From contig JBMNLM010000001.1 of assembly GCA_050952805.1 (NCBI GenBank), forward strand, positions 90,559-154,558: a stretch of 64,000 nt of DNA, written 5' to 3'. Numbering within the stretch: the stretch's first letter is position 1; each line of letters opens with the position of its first letter. The translations under genes and the position numbers were made by a program. This document shows positions 41,305-52,851 of the stretch, piece after piece. The notes beneath the pieces were generated by a model. That model worked only from the letters and a program-made list of their open reading frames with translations, did no database searches and was not told the DNA's origin. The DNA is from Bacilli bacterium (GTDB lineage Bacteria; Bacillota_I; Bacilli_A; RFN20; CAG-826).

Positions 41305-43116
41305 ATGAGTATTAACGAAGCAACAAACAAATTATTATCTTCTATTGACATTGTCGATATAATTTCGCGCTACATTCCTGTAACGAAAAAAGGCCGAAAT
41401 TATTTAGCGCTCTGTCCGTTTCACGATGACAATAATCCTTCACTTACAATTAGCCCAGAAAAGCAAATTTTTAAGTGTTTTGTTTGTGGAGCTGGTGGCA
41501 ACGCTATTAGTTTTGTCGCAGACTATGAGAAGATTTCATATTTTGAAGCTGCGAAAAGAGTTGCTAAGTTAGTTAATTTTAAAGATCCTTTATTAATTAG
41601 TGACCAATCGAAAACGGCTGATTCTAAACTTACACCTTTATATAAGGCATTAGATGATTTAAAAAACTTTTATCTTTTTGGTCTTGCTACTGAAGAAGGG
41701 CAAGAGGCAGTTAAGTATCTAGACAATCGCAATATCGACGATGCTATGCGGAAAAGATATGATGTTGGTTATGCTCCTATTAATGGGCATGCAACAATTA
41801 ATTTCCTTATTAAAAAAGGTCATAGTATTAAAACACTAAATGAAATTGGTATCGTCGGCGGAACGCTAGATAATCCTTTTGATGTAAATAAAGGTCGTAT
41901 TATGTTCCCAATTCATAATATGGATGGAGAAGTTGTCGGCTTTAGCGGACGAGCTTTTAGAAAAAGCGATGAAGAAGTAAGTAAATATATAAATTCAAAA
42001 GAATCGCCAGTTTTTCATAAAACTAGCATTCTTTATAATTATCATCGTGCAAAATATAGCGCGCGTAACGAAAAACGCGTCTATGTTTTAGAAGGATTTA
42101 TGGATGTTTTTGCACTTAATCGCATTGGAATAAATTCTGTTGTAGCTCTTATGGGCACAGCGTTTACAAAAGAACATGTCGCGATGCTTAGACTCTTAAA
42201 ATCAGAAATTATTCTTTGTTTAGATGGCGATGATGCTGGCCAACTTGCAACACTAAAAATCATTAAAATGCTAGATCAAGCAAAAATTCCTTATTTAATT
42301 GTTAACAATAACAATGATTTACGTGATCCTGATGATATTTTGCAAGAAGAAGGTGAAGAAGGATTAAGAAAATATTTAAATAATACAGTCGATAAGATGG
42401 AATTTACGCTAAATTATTATAGAAGAGCAAATCCCTTAAAAACAATTGATGATAAGAAGGTTTTTGTAAAAACATTAATTCCAGTAATTAGTGAACTTAA
42501 TGAACCACTTGACATTGATGCTTATCTTACAAAATTGTCTAATTTAACTGGATTTACGAGACCTTTCCTAGAAAAAGAATTAGAAAATTATAATAAAACT
42601 AATAAGCGAAGAGATGAAAATAGAATTTATACGGAAAGATCGCAAACAATCTTAAATCGTAAACGTACTTTATCGCGCTTACAACTAGCGCAACGGGCAA
42701 TCATTCAACAAATGATCTTGTTTCCAGAAGCTGTAGAATACACAAAGAAAAATAAAATTTTCTTAACTGATAATTTTTATCGCTTTTTATCGAATTATTT
42801 AGTAAATAACGAGATTGATGATCCAAAAAAAACATATTCAGCGCTCGTCAATCATATAAATATTGTTACAACCGATGAAAAGAAACGGCAAGAACGTTTA
42901 GAACAGCTTGATGAATTAATCGAGCTTCAAGAAGTAAAAAAGTTTTCTCCAGGAATCATTGATGATGCGTATAAAACCATCATAGATGAAGGTAAAATTG
43001 AACGTATCAAGAAAGAAAACAGGGAGAAACTTGCTCAAACTGATGATGCAGTTGAACGAGCACAAATATATCAAGAACATTTAGAACAACTAAAAAAAGT
43101 TAAAGAAGGAGGGTAG
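41305..43116 (+). CDS. dnaG: DNA primase
   Basis: CPFHDD...CFVCG zinc domain, RIMFPI, KYINS, EGFMDV, DGDDAG. Confidence 0.96.
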   Translation: MSINEATNKLLSSIDIVDIISRYIPVTKKGRNYLALCPFHDDNNPSLTISPEKQIFKCFVCGAGGNAISFVADYEKISYFEAAKRVAKLVNFKDPLLISDQSKTADSKLTPLYKALDDLKNFYLFGLATEEGQEAVKYLDNRNIDDAMRKRYDVGYAPINGHATINFLIKKGHSIKTLNEIGIVGGTLDNPFDVNKGRIMFPIHNMDGEVVGFSGRAFRKSDEEVSKYINSKESPVFHKTSILYNYHRAKYSARNEKRVYVLEGFMDVFALNRIGINSVVALMGTAFTKEHVAMLRLLKSEIILCLDGDDAGQLATLKIIKMLDQAKIPYLIVNNNNDLRDPDDILQEEGEEGLRKYLNNTVDKMEFTLNYYRRANPLKTIDDKKVFVKTLIPVISELNEPLDIDAYLTKLSNLTGFTRPFLEKELENYNKTNKRRDENRIYTERSQTILNRKRTLSRLQLAQRAIIQQMILFPEAVEYTKKNKIFLTDNFYRFLSNYLVNNEIDDPKKTYSALVNHINIVTTDEKKRQERLEQLDELIELQEVKKFSPGIIDDAYKTIIDEGKIERIKKENREKLAQTDDAVERAQIYQEHLEQLKKVKEGG

Positions 43117-43124
43117 ATATATTT

Positions 43125-44477
43125 ATGGAAGAGAAAAAAGTAAATAACCCAAAACCGGCGAAAGCAACGGAAACAAAAAAGGCTCCAAAGAAAGAATCGC
43201 CAAAAAAAGCAGAAAAAGAAGTTAAATTTGATAGTATCGATATCGAAGAAATCGAAGAAGATAAAATCTCACTTAAAAAAATTAAAGATCGCTTAGTCGC
43301 TAAAGGCAAGCGCGATGGCTTTCTCGAACAAGGAACAATTTTTGATGCATTTTCGAAGTTTAATTTTTCTGATGATGAATTCGAAGAATTAATCATGTTT
43401 TTCGAAGACAAGAAAATTAAGATTATAAACGATGAATTCGATGATATGGATGAAGATGATGACGTCGATGATGCTGAAACTGATGAAGATTTAAAAAAGA
43501 AACTCGACGAAGCTGAGAGCGAAGATGATGAAATCTATGATGATCTTTTCGACTCAGAAGATGAAGAAGATGAGGAAGAGGAAGAAAATGTCGCTGAAAA
43601 AGTTAAACAAGCACCAATTAGTGACATTAAAGTTCACGATTCCGTTAAACTTTATCTTCGCGAAATCGGGAAATATGACTTATTAAAACCTGACGAAGAA
43701 GTCGAACTTGCTAGACGCTATACAGAACATGGCGACTTAGATGCAAAAGATGCTCTTATTAATCACAACTTACGCTTAGTCGTAAATATTGCAAAACGCT
43801 ATAGTCATGCAAATATGCATTTCCTTGATTTAATTCAAGAAGGAAATAAAGGTCTAATTAAGGCCGTTGAAAAGTTTGATTATACGAAAGGATTTAAGTT
43901 TTCAACGTATGCGACTTGGTGGATTAGACAATCAATTACGCGCGCTATTGCTGACCAAGCTCGTACGATTCGTATTCCTGTTCACATGGTTGAAACGATT
44001 AACAAAATTAGCAGGACGCAACGAAGACTTACGCAAGAATTAGGTCGCGAAGCTACACCGGAAGAAATTAGTGCCGAGTTAAATGAAAAAGGTGACTTAC
44101 CACCAGCGAGAATTCGCGAAATTCAACAACTTGCGATGGAACCAGTTAGCTTAGAAACACCAATTGGTGAAGAAAACGACTCACATTTAGGAGACTTCGT
44201 AGAAGACAAAGAAGTCGAAAGTCCAACTGAATTTACAAGAACATCGATGTTAAATGATGAACTTTATTTAGTTATGCAAGATTTAACACCAAAAGAGGAA
44301 CGTGTCCTTCGTCTTCGTTATGGTCTTGATGACGATCGTCCACGAACTCTAGAAGAAGTTGGCCGTGAATTTGATGTAACGCGCGAAAGAATTCGTCAAA
44401 TTGAAGCTAAAGCTTTAAGAAAATTAAAATCACCTAATCGCGCTAGAAGACTTTCTGATTACCATAGCAACGAATAA
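43125..44477 (+). CDS. rpoD: Primary sigma factor SigA/RpoD
   Basis: [36 protein letters not shown]...[10 protein letters not shown]; Lys-rich N-terminus and acidic insert. Confidence 0.97.
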   Translation: MEEKKVNNPKPAKATETKKAPKKESPKKAEKEVKFDSIDIEEIEEDKISLKKIKDRLVAKGKRDGFLEQGTIFDAFSKFNFSDDEFEELIMFFEDKKIKIINDEFDDMDEDDDVDDAETDEDLKKKLDEAESEDDEIYDDLFDSEDEEDEEEEENVAEKVKQAPISDIKVHDSVKLYLREIGKYDLLKPDEEVELARRYTEHGDLDAKDALINHNLRLVVNIAKRYSHANMHFLDLIQEGNKGLIKAVEKFDYTKGFKFSTYATWWIRQSITRAIADQARTIRIPVHMVETINKISRTQRRLTQELGREATPEEISAELNEKGDLPPARIREIQQLAMEPVSLETPIGEENDSHLGDFVEDKEVESPTEFTRTSMLNDELYLVMQDLTPKEERVLRLRYGLDDDRPRTLEEVGREFDVTRERIRQIEAKALRKLKSPNRARRLSDYHSNE

Positions 44478-44479
44478 CA

Positions 44480-45136
44480 ATGCTTTCTAAGAGATTATTA
44501 ATTATTAGTCGATATATTAACGACGATGATATTGTCGCCGATATTGGCACTGATAGTGGCCAATTACCTTTTTACCTTGCAAAAAACGGCCATAAGTACG
44601 TATATGCTAGTGATAATAAAAAAGGCCCTTATGATAATCTTGTTAAGAAAATTAGTGAAAATAATTTAGAAAATATAATTGAAACAAAGCTAGAAGATGG
44701 TCTAAATAATCTTCCTAGTAACGTAAATACTGTTGTAATTGCAGGGATGGGCGGAGAGTTAATAAGATCAATTTTAATTGAAGGAAGAGAATATTTATTT
44801 ACAATTAAAAAACTTATTTTAGCCCCAAACTGTCAAGAACCGACAGTTAGAAGAACATTAATGGAACTAGGTTTTGGCATTATTGAAGAGGAAGTTATTA
44901 AAGATGGCCGCCATTATTATGAAATAATCGTCGCGATTCCAAAAATTTCCCCACTTACTCCTGCTGAAATTGAGTTTGGGCCAATTAACTTACAAAAGAA
45001 ATCTTCGATATTTAAGGAAAAGTGGGCAAAAGCCTATTTAGCTAATGCTAGGCTCCTCCAAAAAGATGATCTTCCCCCGTATCGAAGAATTGAAATAATG
45101 CAAATACAAGAAAGGATTAAAGAAATTAATGGCTGA
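44480..45136 (+). CDS. trmK: tRNA m1A22 methyltransferase TrmK
   Basis: LSKRL, ADIGTD, IAGMGG, YYEII; position after rpoD. Confidence 0.88.
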   Translation: MLSKRLLIISRYINDDDIVADIGTDSGQLPFYLAKNGHKYVYASDNKKGPYDNLVKKISENNLENIIETKLEDGLNNLPSNVNTVVIAGMGGELIRSILIEGREYLFTIKKLILAPNCQEPTVRRTLMELGFGIIEEEVIKDGRHYYEIIVAIPKISPLTPAEIEFGPINLQKKSSIFKEKWAKAYLANARLLQKDDLPPYRRIEIMQIQERIKEING

Positions 45137-45899
45137 TACACGTAAATTACTTAATTATCTTGGACGTCTTTACCCAAAACGTCTTGCAAAACTTCATGGT
45201 GATTATGTCGGACATATGGCTGGAAAATTACCAAAAGAAGTAAATAAAATTGTTTTATGTCTTGATTTAGATAAATTAATTATCGATGAAATTTTAAGTG
45301 ATAAACCTGACTTAGTAATTACTCATCACCCTCTAGTATATGGGACAAGATACCGCGTTTTTAAGCATGATGAAGAAAAACGTGATTTTGTTCTCTACCT
45401 TGATGAAATAAATTTACCTGTTTATTCTTATCATACTAACTTTGATAGCGGGACTCGCGGGATGAATGAGGCGCTTGCTAAGCGGTTAAATTTAAAAAAT
45501 ATCAGAACATTAGAAAATAATATTATGGCTCGAGGTGGCGACCTAGAAGAGCCAATGCACATAGAGGAGTTTGCTAAATTTGCAAAAGAAGCTCTTAATG
45601 TCCCTTACGGTCTTCTAATTAACGAAGGAAAAGAAATGATTTCTTCAGTTGCAATTATAGGCGGCGGTGGAAGTCGCAGTTGGCGGGATGCAAAAGAGGA
45701 AGGTTATGACCTCTATATTAGTGGTGATGCCCCACATTACGTCCGTCGTGACGTTATTAATGGTAAATATAATTACTTAGATTTACCGCATGAAATCGAG
45801 AATATTTTTATGGACCAAATGGAAAAAGTCCTTCTAGACTTTGATCCAACTCTAAAAATTAAAAAAATTACGCATGAGATTCCTCCTCGCGTAATTTAA
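45129..45899 (+). CDS. Nif3-like dinuclear metal protein
   Basis: ITHHPL, SYHTNFD, YISGD, HEIE. Confidence 0.88.
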   Translation: MADTRKLLNYLGRLYPKRLAKLHGDYVGHMAGKLPKEVNKIVLCLDLDKLIIDEILSDKPDLVITHHPLVYGTRYRVFKHDEEKRDFVLYLDEINLPVYSYHTNFDSGTRGMNEALAKRLNLKNIRTLENNIMARGGDLEEPMHIEEFAKFAKEALNVPYGLLINEGKEMISSVAIIGGGGSRSWRDAKEEGYDLYISGDAPHYVRRDVINGKYNYLDLPHEIENIFMDQMEKVLLDFDPTLKIKKITHEIPPRVI

Positions 45900-45902
45900 G
45901 TG

Positions 45903-46772
45903 TTATTTATCTTTTAAAAAATCAATTACATCTTGAACGAGATCAAAAGGCGTTGATGCACCGCTACTAATAGCGACGTGGTCGACGCCTTTTAAATCAT
46001 TTTCATTTATTTCATCAACATTTGCGATAAGAAGAACTTTTGCATTCGGATGTGTTTCTTTTGCGACTTCAACAAGCTTTCCAGTGTTGCTCGACTTTTT
46101 GCTGCCAACAATATAGATTAACTCAACATCTTGAGGAATGTTTTGCACAGCTTTTTGGCGCATTCTCGTTGCATTACATATTTCATCAGCAATATTTGCA
46201 TTTGGGATATGTTTTATAATTTTCTCATGATATGCGGATAATTCTAAAATAGATAATGTAGTTTGATTAATAACTAGTGGCTCAGGATCATCTATTTTCT
46301 TAAAGTCGAGAGTGCCACTAATTGGATATAAGAAGACATTTTTACCTAAAGAAATAGCGGCGTTAACTTCAGGATGGCCAGCTTTGCCAATATAAATAAC
46401 TTGATGATTTGTGTCGAGAGCTTTTTTAATTCTTTTCATGTTGGCTTCGACCATTGGACACGTTGCATCGTGGACAATAAGTCCTCTTTTTTCAATGATT
46501 TCCTTGTATTCAAGAGGATAGCCGTGCGCTGTTATTATTAAATGTGTATCTTTGTCAACTTGCTCTAAAAACTCAATAATATCTGCCTTAAGTCCTTTTT
46601 TAGTATATATTTGGTGTTTTTCTAGTCGTTTAATAACTTCTTCATTATGAACAAGCATTCCTAAAATAACGATTTTAGCATCCTTATTGTTTTCTCTAAC
46701 ATTAAGAGCTAAGTCAATCGCTCTTTTAACACCAATACAGTATCCTTGAGGTCTAGCAATATATAGTTTCAT
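45903..46772 (-). CDS. ispH: 4-hydroxy-3-methylbut-2-enyl diphosphate reductase
   Basis: GYCIGV, VHN, AHG, DATCP, HPEV, QTT, ICNAT, SSN, GASTP. Confidence 0.95.
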   Translation of the reverse strand: MKLYIARPQGYCIGVKRAIDLALNVRENNKDAKIVILGMLVHNEEVIKRLEKHQIYTKKGLKADIIEFLEQVDKDTHLIITAHGYPLEYKEIIEKRGLIVHDATCPMVEANMKRIKKALDTNHQVIYIGKAGHPEVNAAISLGKNVFLYPISGTLDFKKIDDPEPLVINQTTLSILELSAYHEKIIKHIPNANIADEICNATRMRQKAVQNIPQDVELIYIVGSKKSSNTGKLVEVAKETHPNAKVLLIANVDEINENDLKGVDHVAISSGASTPFDLVQDVIDFLKDK

Positions 46773-46835
46773 AAATAACTCGAGTATATTTTATCACATT
46801 GTATCTTAATTATTGTATAATTAACGGGAGGTTTT

Positions 46836-48191
46836 ATGGCATTTTTTAAACAGTTTAATCTAGATGACAAATTATTACTTGCCTTAGAGAAAAATGGCTA
46901 TGTCAAACTTAGTCCAGTTCAAGAAAAAGTAATACCACTTGCCTTAAAAGGCGAGTCGCTTTTGGCAAGATCAGAAACTGGGTCAGGTAAGACTCATGCT
47001 TTCCTTGTGCCAATTTTAAGTCGATTAGATGTGGAGAAAAATGAAATTCAAGCAATAATTATTGCACCAACTCGTGAGCTGGCTCGGCAAATATATGATT
47101 TTGCGATGGAAATAAATAATGATTATGAAAATGCAAAAATTCTTTTGCTTACAGCTTCTAGAGACAAAGAAAGAACAAGCCAAAAACTTGCTCAAAACCC
47201 TCATTTAATCATTACGACTCCCGGACAATTACTTGAATTAGGAATCGAAAATAGTGTAACGACTTTAAGAACCGTTAAAACATTAGTCCTTGATGAAGCT
47301 GATATGTTAATGGACCAAGGCTTTTATCCGCTTATTAACGAGATTTTACTACATTTAGATAACCCGCAAATCATGATTTTCTCGGCGACTATTCCTAAAG
47401 CTTTAAATAAAATTCTTGAACAATATGTTGGAAAATCTCACGTAATTGAAATATCGCGACCCTATCAAACTAGCGAAGGAGTCTCACATCACTTAATCGA
47501 TGTTCGTCATCAAAACAGAAATGAAATCGTTGAACAATTTATTAAATGGCGTAACCCTTACTTATTATTAATTTTTGCTTCAACGACAAAAACCGTTGAC
47601 GCTCTTTATAAGTTTTTAAGTAACCGCGGCTATAATGTCGGCATTATACACGGTGATTTGCAAAAACGAGAACGGAAACAAATGATAAGAAGAATAAGAA
47701 ATAATGAGTTTCAAATTATCGTTGCAAGCGATATCGCAGCTCGCGGAATCGATATTCCTGACATTAGCGATGTTTTACAATACGATTTTCCAAATGATTT
47801 AACATTTTATTTTCATCGCGCCGGAAGAACGGCCCGTTTTGATAAAGTTGGCGATTCTTTCGCATTTTATGATGCTGATTCTGAACATATCGCCGTAAAA
47901 CTAGAAGAATTAGGCGTTAATTTTGATTATTTTGTTTATAAAGGGGGAACTTTTAAGGAAGTTGATCAAAGACCTAAAAAACAAAAGCCAAAATCAAAAA
48001 GCGCACAAGAACTTGATCATAAAATTAGAATGACACGAAGTAAATATAAAAATGCCAAGGTAAAACCTGGCTATAAAAAGAAAATTGAGCAAGAAGTTGA
48101 CAAAGTAAAACGGCAACATAAGCGACAAATTATTAAAGAAGACATAAAAAGACAAAAACAAGAACGATATCGAAAGGAAAAGAAAAAATGA
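46836..48191 (+). CDS. cshB: DEAD-box RNA helicase (CshB-like)
   Basis: [40 protein letters not shown] tail. Confidence 0.88.
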   Translation: MAFFKQFNLDDKLLLALEKNGYVKLSPVQEKVIPLALKGESLLARSETGSGKTHAFLVPILSRLDVEKNEIQAIIIAPTRELARQIYDFAMEINNDYENAKILLLTASRDKERTSQKLAQNPHLIITTPGQLLELGIENSVTTLRTVKTLVLDEADMLMDQGFYPLINEILLHLDNPQIMIFSATIPKALNKILEQYVGKSHVIEISRPYQTSEGVSHHLIDVRHQNRNEIVEQFIKWRNPYLLLIFASTTKTVDALYKFLSNRGYNVGIIHGDLQKRERKQMIRRIRNNEFQIIVASDIAARGIDIPDISDVLQYDFPNDLTFYFHRAGRTARFDKVGDSFAFYDADSEHIAVKLEELGVNFDYFVYKGGTFKEVDQRPKKQKPKSKSAQELDHKIRMTRSKYKNAKVKPGYKKKIEQEVDKVKRQHKRQIIKEDIKRQKQERYRKEKKK

Positions 48192-49072
48192 GTGATAAAT
48201 TAATTATTGGCTCCCACGTTTCAATGAGTGGGCCTAGTTATTATGAAGGTAGTGTAAAAGAGGCACTATCATATGGGGCAAATGCGTTTATGATTTATAC
48301 CGGTGCTCCGCAAAATAGCCTAAGAAAAGCAACAAGTGAGTTAAAAATTGAAGAAGGCCGCAAATTAATCGAAGAAAACAATATTGATCCTAATAATATT
48401 GTCGTTCACGCGCCTTATATTATAAATTTAGGAAATAGTGTTAAACAAAGAACATATGACCTAGCAGTTAGTTTTTTAAAAGATGAATTAGTTAGAGTTT
48501 CTGATTTTAAAATCAAAACGCTCATCCTTCACCCTGGATCACACGTTGGCGAAGGTGTTGAAGTTGGGATGAAACAAATTATTGAAGGTCTAAATGAAGT
48601 GTTTAAAGAAGATAAAACTGATGTAAAAATTGCCCTAGAAACAATGGCAGGAAAAGGAAGCGAAGCTGGGTTTACGTTTGAACAAATCCGCTATATCATC
48701 GACAATGTTAAAGAAAATCATCGTCTTGGCGTGTGTCTAGACACGTGTCATATTAATGATGCGGGATATGATGTTCATGACGTTGAAGGCGTACTTGATG
48801 AATTTGATCGCGTTATTGGTCTAGATCGCTTACTCGTCCTTCACGTAAATGATTCAAAAAACGTAAGAGGTGCTAGAAAAGATCGCCATGAAAATATAGG
48901 TTATGGGACAATTGGTTTTGAAACATTGAATAAATATGTCAATAATCCCCGTTTAGAAAACATTCCAAAAATCTTAGAAACACCATATTTTGAAGGTAAA
49001 CCACCTTACAAAGAAGAAATTGCGATGTTCCGGGCACAAAAATTCACGCCTGATTGGCGTGAAAGCTTATAA
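48188..49072 (+). CDS. nfo: Endonuclease IV
   Basis: HAPYIIN, HPGSH, ETMAGKG, DTCH, HVNDS, DRHENIG, ILETP. Confidence 0.96.
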   Translation: MSDKLIIGSHVSMSGPSYYEGSVKEALSYGANAFMIYTGAPQNSLRKATSELKIEEGRKLIEENNIDPNNIVVHAPYIINLGNSVKQRTYDLAVSFLKDELVRVSDFKIKTLILHPGSHVGEGVEVGMKQIIEGLNEVFKEDKTDVKIALETMAGKGSEAGFTFEQIRYIIDNVKENHRLGVCLDTCHINDAGYDVHDVEGVLDEFDRVIGLDRLLVLHVNDSKNVRGARKDRHENIGYGTIGFETLNKYVNNPRLENIPKILETPYFEGKPPYKEEIAMFRAQKFTPDWRESL

Positions 49073-49086
49073 AAAAAGAGAAATTG

Positions 49087-50136
49087 CTAGAAATCAGCAA
49101 TTTCTTTTTTTAATAAGTCGATTATTTCTTTTTCGCTTGCTTGTTTTATTACCTTCCCGTTTTTAAACATGACCCAGACATTTTTGCCACCGGCAACGCC
49201 TAGATCAGCATGTCTAGCTTCGCCTGGACCATTAACAACACAGCCCATAATCGCGACCGTAAGCGGTTTATTTATATATTCTAAGTAAGATAAAATTTCT
49301 GTAGCGACTTTTTCAACATCGACTTCTGTACGTCCACAAGTGGGGCAACTAATTAGCGTAGGATAGTTTTTATATAGTCCTAAATCGTGAAGAAGTCGTT
49401 TCGCGGTAATAATTTCTTCTTGCGGTGAAGAAGTAAGAGAAATGCGAATTGTATCGCCAATTCCTTCTAAAAGTAAGGGGCTAAGGCCTGCAACACTACG
49501 AACGACGCCAATTTCTTTTACGCCAGCTTCAGTAATCCCAAGATGTAGCGGATAAGGGAATTTTTTACTAGCTAAGCGATATGCCTTAATTGTTTCTAGA
49601 ACATTACTACCTTTTAAAGAAATAACAATATCGAAAAAGTCGAGCTCTTCAAGAATTTTTACGTGTTTTTCGGCACTTTTTACTAAATCTCTATACGTTG
49701 GTGCTTTGTCACCTTTATTTATCGCTTTATCAAGGGAACCAGAATTTACACCAACGCGAATCGCTACATTATGTTCTTTACAAGCATCAACGACTTGTTT
49801 AATTTTATCTTTTGAGCCTATATTCCCTGGATTTATACGGATTTTATCAACACCGTTTTCAATTGCTAAAAGTGCAAAGCGATAGTCAAAATGAATGTCA
49901 GCGACGATAGGAATACTAGTGTTTTCCTTAATTATTTTTATTGCTTTAGCATCCTCTTCATCAAGCACGGAAACTCGCATTAAACTAGCGCCTAACGCCG
50001 CACAATCATTAATTTGATCGATAACTTCATCGACTTTTGAAGTTTTTATATTGCACATACTTTGGATGAGAACTTTATTTTCTCCACCAATTGTAATATT
50101 TCCAATGTTAATTTTTCGCGTTTCTGTTCGTTTCAT
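49087..50136 (-). CDS. ispG: HMBPP synthase (flavodoxin)
   Basis: ADIHFD, RINPGN, GVNSGS, HLGITEAG, GDTIRISL, SCPTCGR, MGCVVNGPGE. Confidence 0.96.
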   Translation of the reverse strand: MKRTETRKINIGNITIGGENKVLIQSMCNIKTSKVDEVIDQINDCAALGASLMRVSVLDEEDAKAIKIIKENTSIPIVADIHFDYRFALLAIENGVDKIRINPGNIGSKDKIKQVVDACKEHNVAIRVGVNSGSLDKAINKGDKAPTYRDLVKSAEKHVKILEELDFFDIVISLKGSNVLETIKAYRLASKKFPYPLHLGITEAGVKEIGVVRSVAGLSPLLLEGIGDTIRISLTSSPQEEIITAKRLLHDLGLYKNYPTLISCPTCGRTEVDVEKVATEILSYLEYINKPLTVAIMGCVVNGPGEARHADLGVAGGKNVWVMFKNGKVIKQASEKEIIDLLKKEIADF

Positions 50137-50252
50137 TTTCCCTCTTATTCAAATTAATTATATCATTTAAAACGCTATTACATCTTTTTAAGATGTTTAT
50201 TGTAGAAAACGCTAGGAATGTATGGTAAAATACTCACGTTATCGGAGGAACC

Positions 50253-50402
50253 ATGAGAAATACTATTATTTTAAAATGCACTGTATGCAATGAAGAAAAC
50301 TATATTACTAGCAAAAATAAAAAGAACCATCCTGACCGATTAGAATTAAAAAAATATTGTTCACGGTGTAGAAAAAGTACAGTACATAAGGAAAAAAGAT
50401 AA
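50253..50402 (+). CDS. rpmG: 50S ribosomal protein L33 (Zn-binding type), not in ORF track
   Basis: Manual translation [49 protein letters not shown]; SD GGAGG. Confidence 0.96.
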   Translation: MRNTIILKCTVCNEENYITSKNKKNHPDRLELKKYCSRCRKSTVHKEKR

Positions 50403-50422
50403 AGCCATTGGCTTTATTTTTT
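50399..50422 (+). terminator. Probable terminator after rpmG
   Basis: ATAAAGCC-ATT-GGCTTTAT followed by T run. Confidence 0.6.
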
Positions 50423-50431
50423 ATACATGTT

Positions 50432-51070
50432 ATGAGAGTTATTACGAAAACTTATCCTATATCTGACTTTTCTTCGAATTTATATATTCTTGTTTTTGAT
50501 GATGGTAGTGCGCTTATTATTGATCCCGGCATCGATAAGAAGAAATATCTTGACGAAATTTTTGCTAATTATGCAAAAGTTCACGCTGTTTTACTAACGC
50601 ACGGCCATTTTGATCATATAAGAGGTGCTAAACCAATTAGTGACCACTATAATTGCCCAATTTATGTTAGTAGTCACGACCGGAGATTTCTAGAAGAACC
50701 CGAGTTTTTTGCCCCTTACTTATTTGGACTAAAGCCGCAAGAGGAAAGAATTTCAGAATTTATCGATATTTCTTTACTAGATTCTATAAATATTAACGGC
50801 CTAGATATAACGATTATAAGCACGCCTTTTCATACTTTAGGCTCGACGTGTTTTTATATTGAAAAAGAAAAACTTCTCTTTAGCGGCGACACATTATTTA
50901 AAGATTCAATAGGCCGAACCGACCTAATTACTAGTGATCCAAATCTTGTTTCAACTAGCTTAAAAAAGCTCCTTGTTTTACCTAACGACACGCTAATTTA
51001 TCCCGGTCACGGCCCTTCTACGAGCTTAGAAGAAGAAAAAGAAAATAATCCCTATCTAATCTCACTTTAA
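50432..51070 (+). CDS. MBL-fold metallo-hydrolase (glyoxalase II-like, YqgX-type)
   Basis: IIDPG, THGHFDH, TPFHT, FSGDTLF, GRTDL, PGHG. Confidence 0.88.
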   Translation: MRVITKTYPISDFSSNLYILVFDDGSALIIDPGIDKKKYLDEIFANYAKVHAVLLTHGHFDHIRGAKPISDHYNCPIYVSSHDRRFLEEPEFFAPYLFGLKPQEERISEFIDISLLDSININGLDITIISTPFHTLGSTCFYIEKEKLLFSGDTLFKDSIGRTDLITSDPNLVSTSLKKLLVLPNDTLIYPGHGPSTSLEEEKENNPYLISL

Positions 51071-51197
51071 ACTACACTTTTAAACGCTAATTATAAAAAG
51101 TTTAATTTATAAATTAAAAAATCTCTTATCGTAAGTGTTTTTTCTTGAGAAAACACCTAGTTATGTGTTATAATTTTGCTTGAAAAAGGAGGATAAA

Positions 51198-51755
51198 ATG
51201 ATTAACGTTACAGAACTACGTCCCGGAAATTATTTTATAGAAGATGGCAATCTTTATAACGTCCTTGATATTTTACTTAATAAAACAGCGATGCGAAAAA
51301 TGATTGCGCGTTTAAAAGTAAAAAACGTAAGAACTGGGGCAATTATGGAATTAACTTTTAATTCTGGCTATCAAATTGAGAGAATTTCAATTGACAAACG
51401 CAATATGACGTATATTTACGATAGTGGTGATGCACTCGTTTTTATGAACAATCAAACGTTTGAACAAATTGAAGTACCAAAATCTTTATTAGAATGGGAA
51501 TTACAATTTTTAGTTGAAAACAGCGAAGTAGAAATTGCTACATATGATGGAGAAATTTTAGGAATTACTCTCCCTGCAAAAGTTGCACTTAAAATCACAG
51601 AATGTGATCCTGGCGTAAGAGGAAATACTGTTCAAAATGCAACAAAAGATGCTGTTACAGAAACGGGATTAAGAATTAGAGTCCCCTTATTTATAGAGGA
51701 AGGAGAAACTGTCTTAGTTCGTACGGATAACGGGAACTATGATGGTAGAGCATAA
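51198..51755 (+). CDS. efp: Elongation factor P
   Basis: PGVRGNT, ETGLRIRVPLFI, Y..RA end; loop reads KTAMRK; ATG 51198 behind AGGAGG. Confidence 0.93.
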   Translation: MINVTELRPGNYFIEDGNLYNVLDILLNKTAMRKMIARLKVKNVRTGAIMELTFNSGYQIERISIDKRNMTYIYDSGDALVFMNNQTFEQIEVPKSLLEWELQFLVENSEVEIATYDGEILGITLPAKVALKITECDPGVRGNTVQNATKDAVTETGLRIRVPLFIEEGETVLVRTDNGNYDGRA

Positions 51756-51756
51756 T

Positions 51757-51981
51757 ATGATTGTTACATTAATGGGAGTCGGTGGAATTGTTGGGATCGG
51801 AATTGGCGCACTCTTTGCCGGACTTATTATTGGTTTTTTCGTTTCACGAAAAGTATTCCAAGTCCAACTAAAGAAAAATCCACCTATTACAGAAAAACAA
51901 GTACGAGCAATGCTAGCGGCTACAGGTAGAAAACCTAGTGAAGCACAAGTGCGTGCCGTCATGCGTTCACTTGGACAATAG
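51757..51981 (+). CDS. yneF: YneF family protein
   Basis: TM helix then LKKNPPITEKQVRAM...GRKPSEAQV. Confidence 0.9.
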   Translation: MIVTLMGVGGIVGIGIGALFAGLIIGFFVSRKVFQVQLKKNPPITEKQVRAMLAATGRKPSEAQVRAVMRSLGQ

Positions 51982-51996
51982 TAGAAGAAAAAACCT

Positions 51997-52027
51997 AAAA
52001 AAAGATAGCACGCAGCTATCTTTTTTT
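51997..52027. terminator. Bidirectional intrinsic terminator after yneF
   Basis: AAAAAAAGATAGC-ACGCA-GCTATCTTTTTTT. Confidence 0.85.
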
Positions 52028-52119
52028 ATTACAAGAAAAAAGCAGCAAAAGAACAAGTAAAAATACAAATTTAATTGAACTGTCAATCAAAAGAGCACAT
52101 TATATGGGCTCATAAAAAT

Positions 52120-52141
52120 AAAAAATCGCTAATAAGCGATT
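52120..52141 (-). terminator. Probable terminator after plsY
   Basis: Minus strand AATCGCT-TATT-AGCGATTTTTT. Confidence 0.6.
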
Positions 52142-52179
52142 ACTTGTAAACGACTAAGAAACTACTAAAATATAACTAA
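52136..52179 (-). repeat. 11-bp phased TTAGT array after plsY (minus strand)
   Basis: Minus strand TTAGTTATATT TTAGTAGTTTC TTAGTCGTTTA CAAGTAATCGC (plus-strand ACTAA at 52175, 52164, 52153; ACTTG at 52142). Confidence 0.8.
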
Positions 52180-52182
52180 TTA

Positions 52183-52851
52183 CTAGATCCAAGTAATTTT
52201 TCTTTCGGTTTTATTCATGATTCTTTTTATGTTGCTACTATGGAGAATAATTAGAATTATTCCAATGATTGTAACGGCTAGTGGATACCAGAAACTACTA
52301 TAGACGAGCGGATAAAATGTTATACCTGTGCCAGGAATAAGAGTGAGCCAACTAGTAATTATCGCAGTAATCGTTCCAACAATACTAGATAGGGAAACCA
52401 TTTTTTTAGCTAAAAGCGTAATTCCAAAGGAAATAAATGTGATTAATAATACAGCCCAATTCGTAGCAAGGAGGAATCCTGCTAAGACACTAACGGCTTT
52501 TCCCCCTTTAAAATCGTAGAAAATTGGAAAGCAATGACCAAGTGCCAGAAATAAACATCCCGAATAAACCGCGTAATCGGCGACTACATAGTCTTGAAGC
52601 GATGTAAAGCGGAAAAGTACGACTAAAATCCAATGATATATCGCCATTTTTAAAATATCGATAATAATTACAATTGCTCCGGCCTTCCCACCAAGGACAC
52701 GACCAGCATTTGTACCTCCAGCGTTACCAGATCCGTGGTCTCTAACATCAACGTTAAAAAAAACTTTTCCAATTATAATTGAAGTTGATAGTGATCCAAG
52801 AAGGTAACCAACAACATTAACGAGAAGATATATTACAATTGCAATTAACAT
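52183..52851 (-). CDS. plsY: Glycerol-3-phosphate acyltransferase PlsY
   Basis: YLLGS, GSGNAGGTN, GHCFP, FKGGKAV, HSSNIKR; divergent from parE. Confidence 0.95.
   Translation of the reverse strand: MLIAIVIYLLVNVVGYLLGSLSTSIIIGKVFFNVDVRDHGSGNAGGTNAGRVLGGKAGAIVIIIDILKMAIYHWILVVLFRFTSLQDYVVADYAVYSGCLFLALGHCFPIFYDFKGGKAVSVLAGFLLATNWAVLLITFISFGITLLAKKMVSLSSIVGTITAIITSWLTLIPGTGITFYPLVYSSFWYPLAVTIIGIILIILHSSNIKRIMNKTERKITWI

Noticed and set aside
45903-50136. ispH and ispG on the opposite strand as possible insertions
   Set aside because: Their positions around nif3-cshB-nfo match the Bacillus arrangement, so they are probably ancestral
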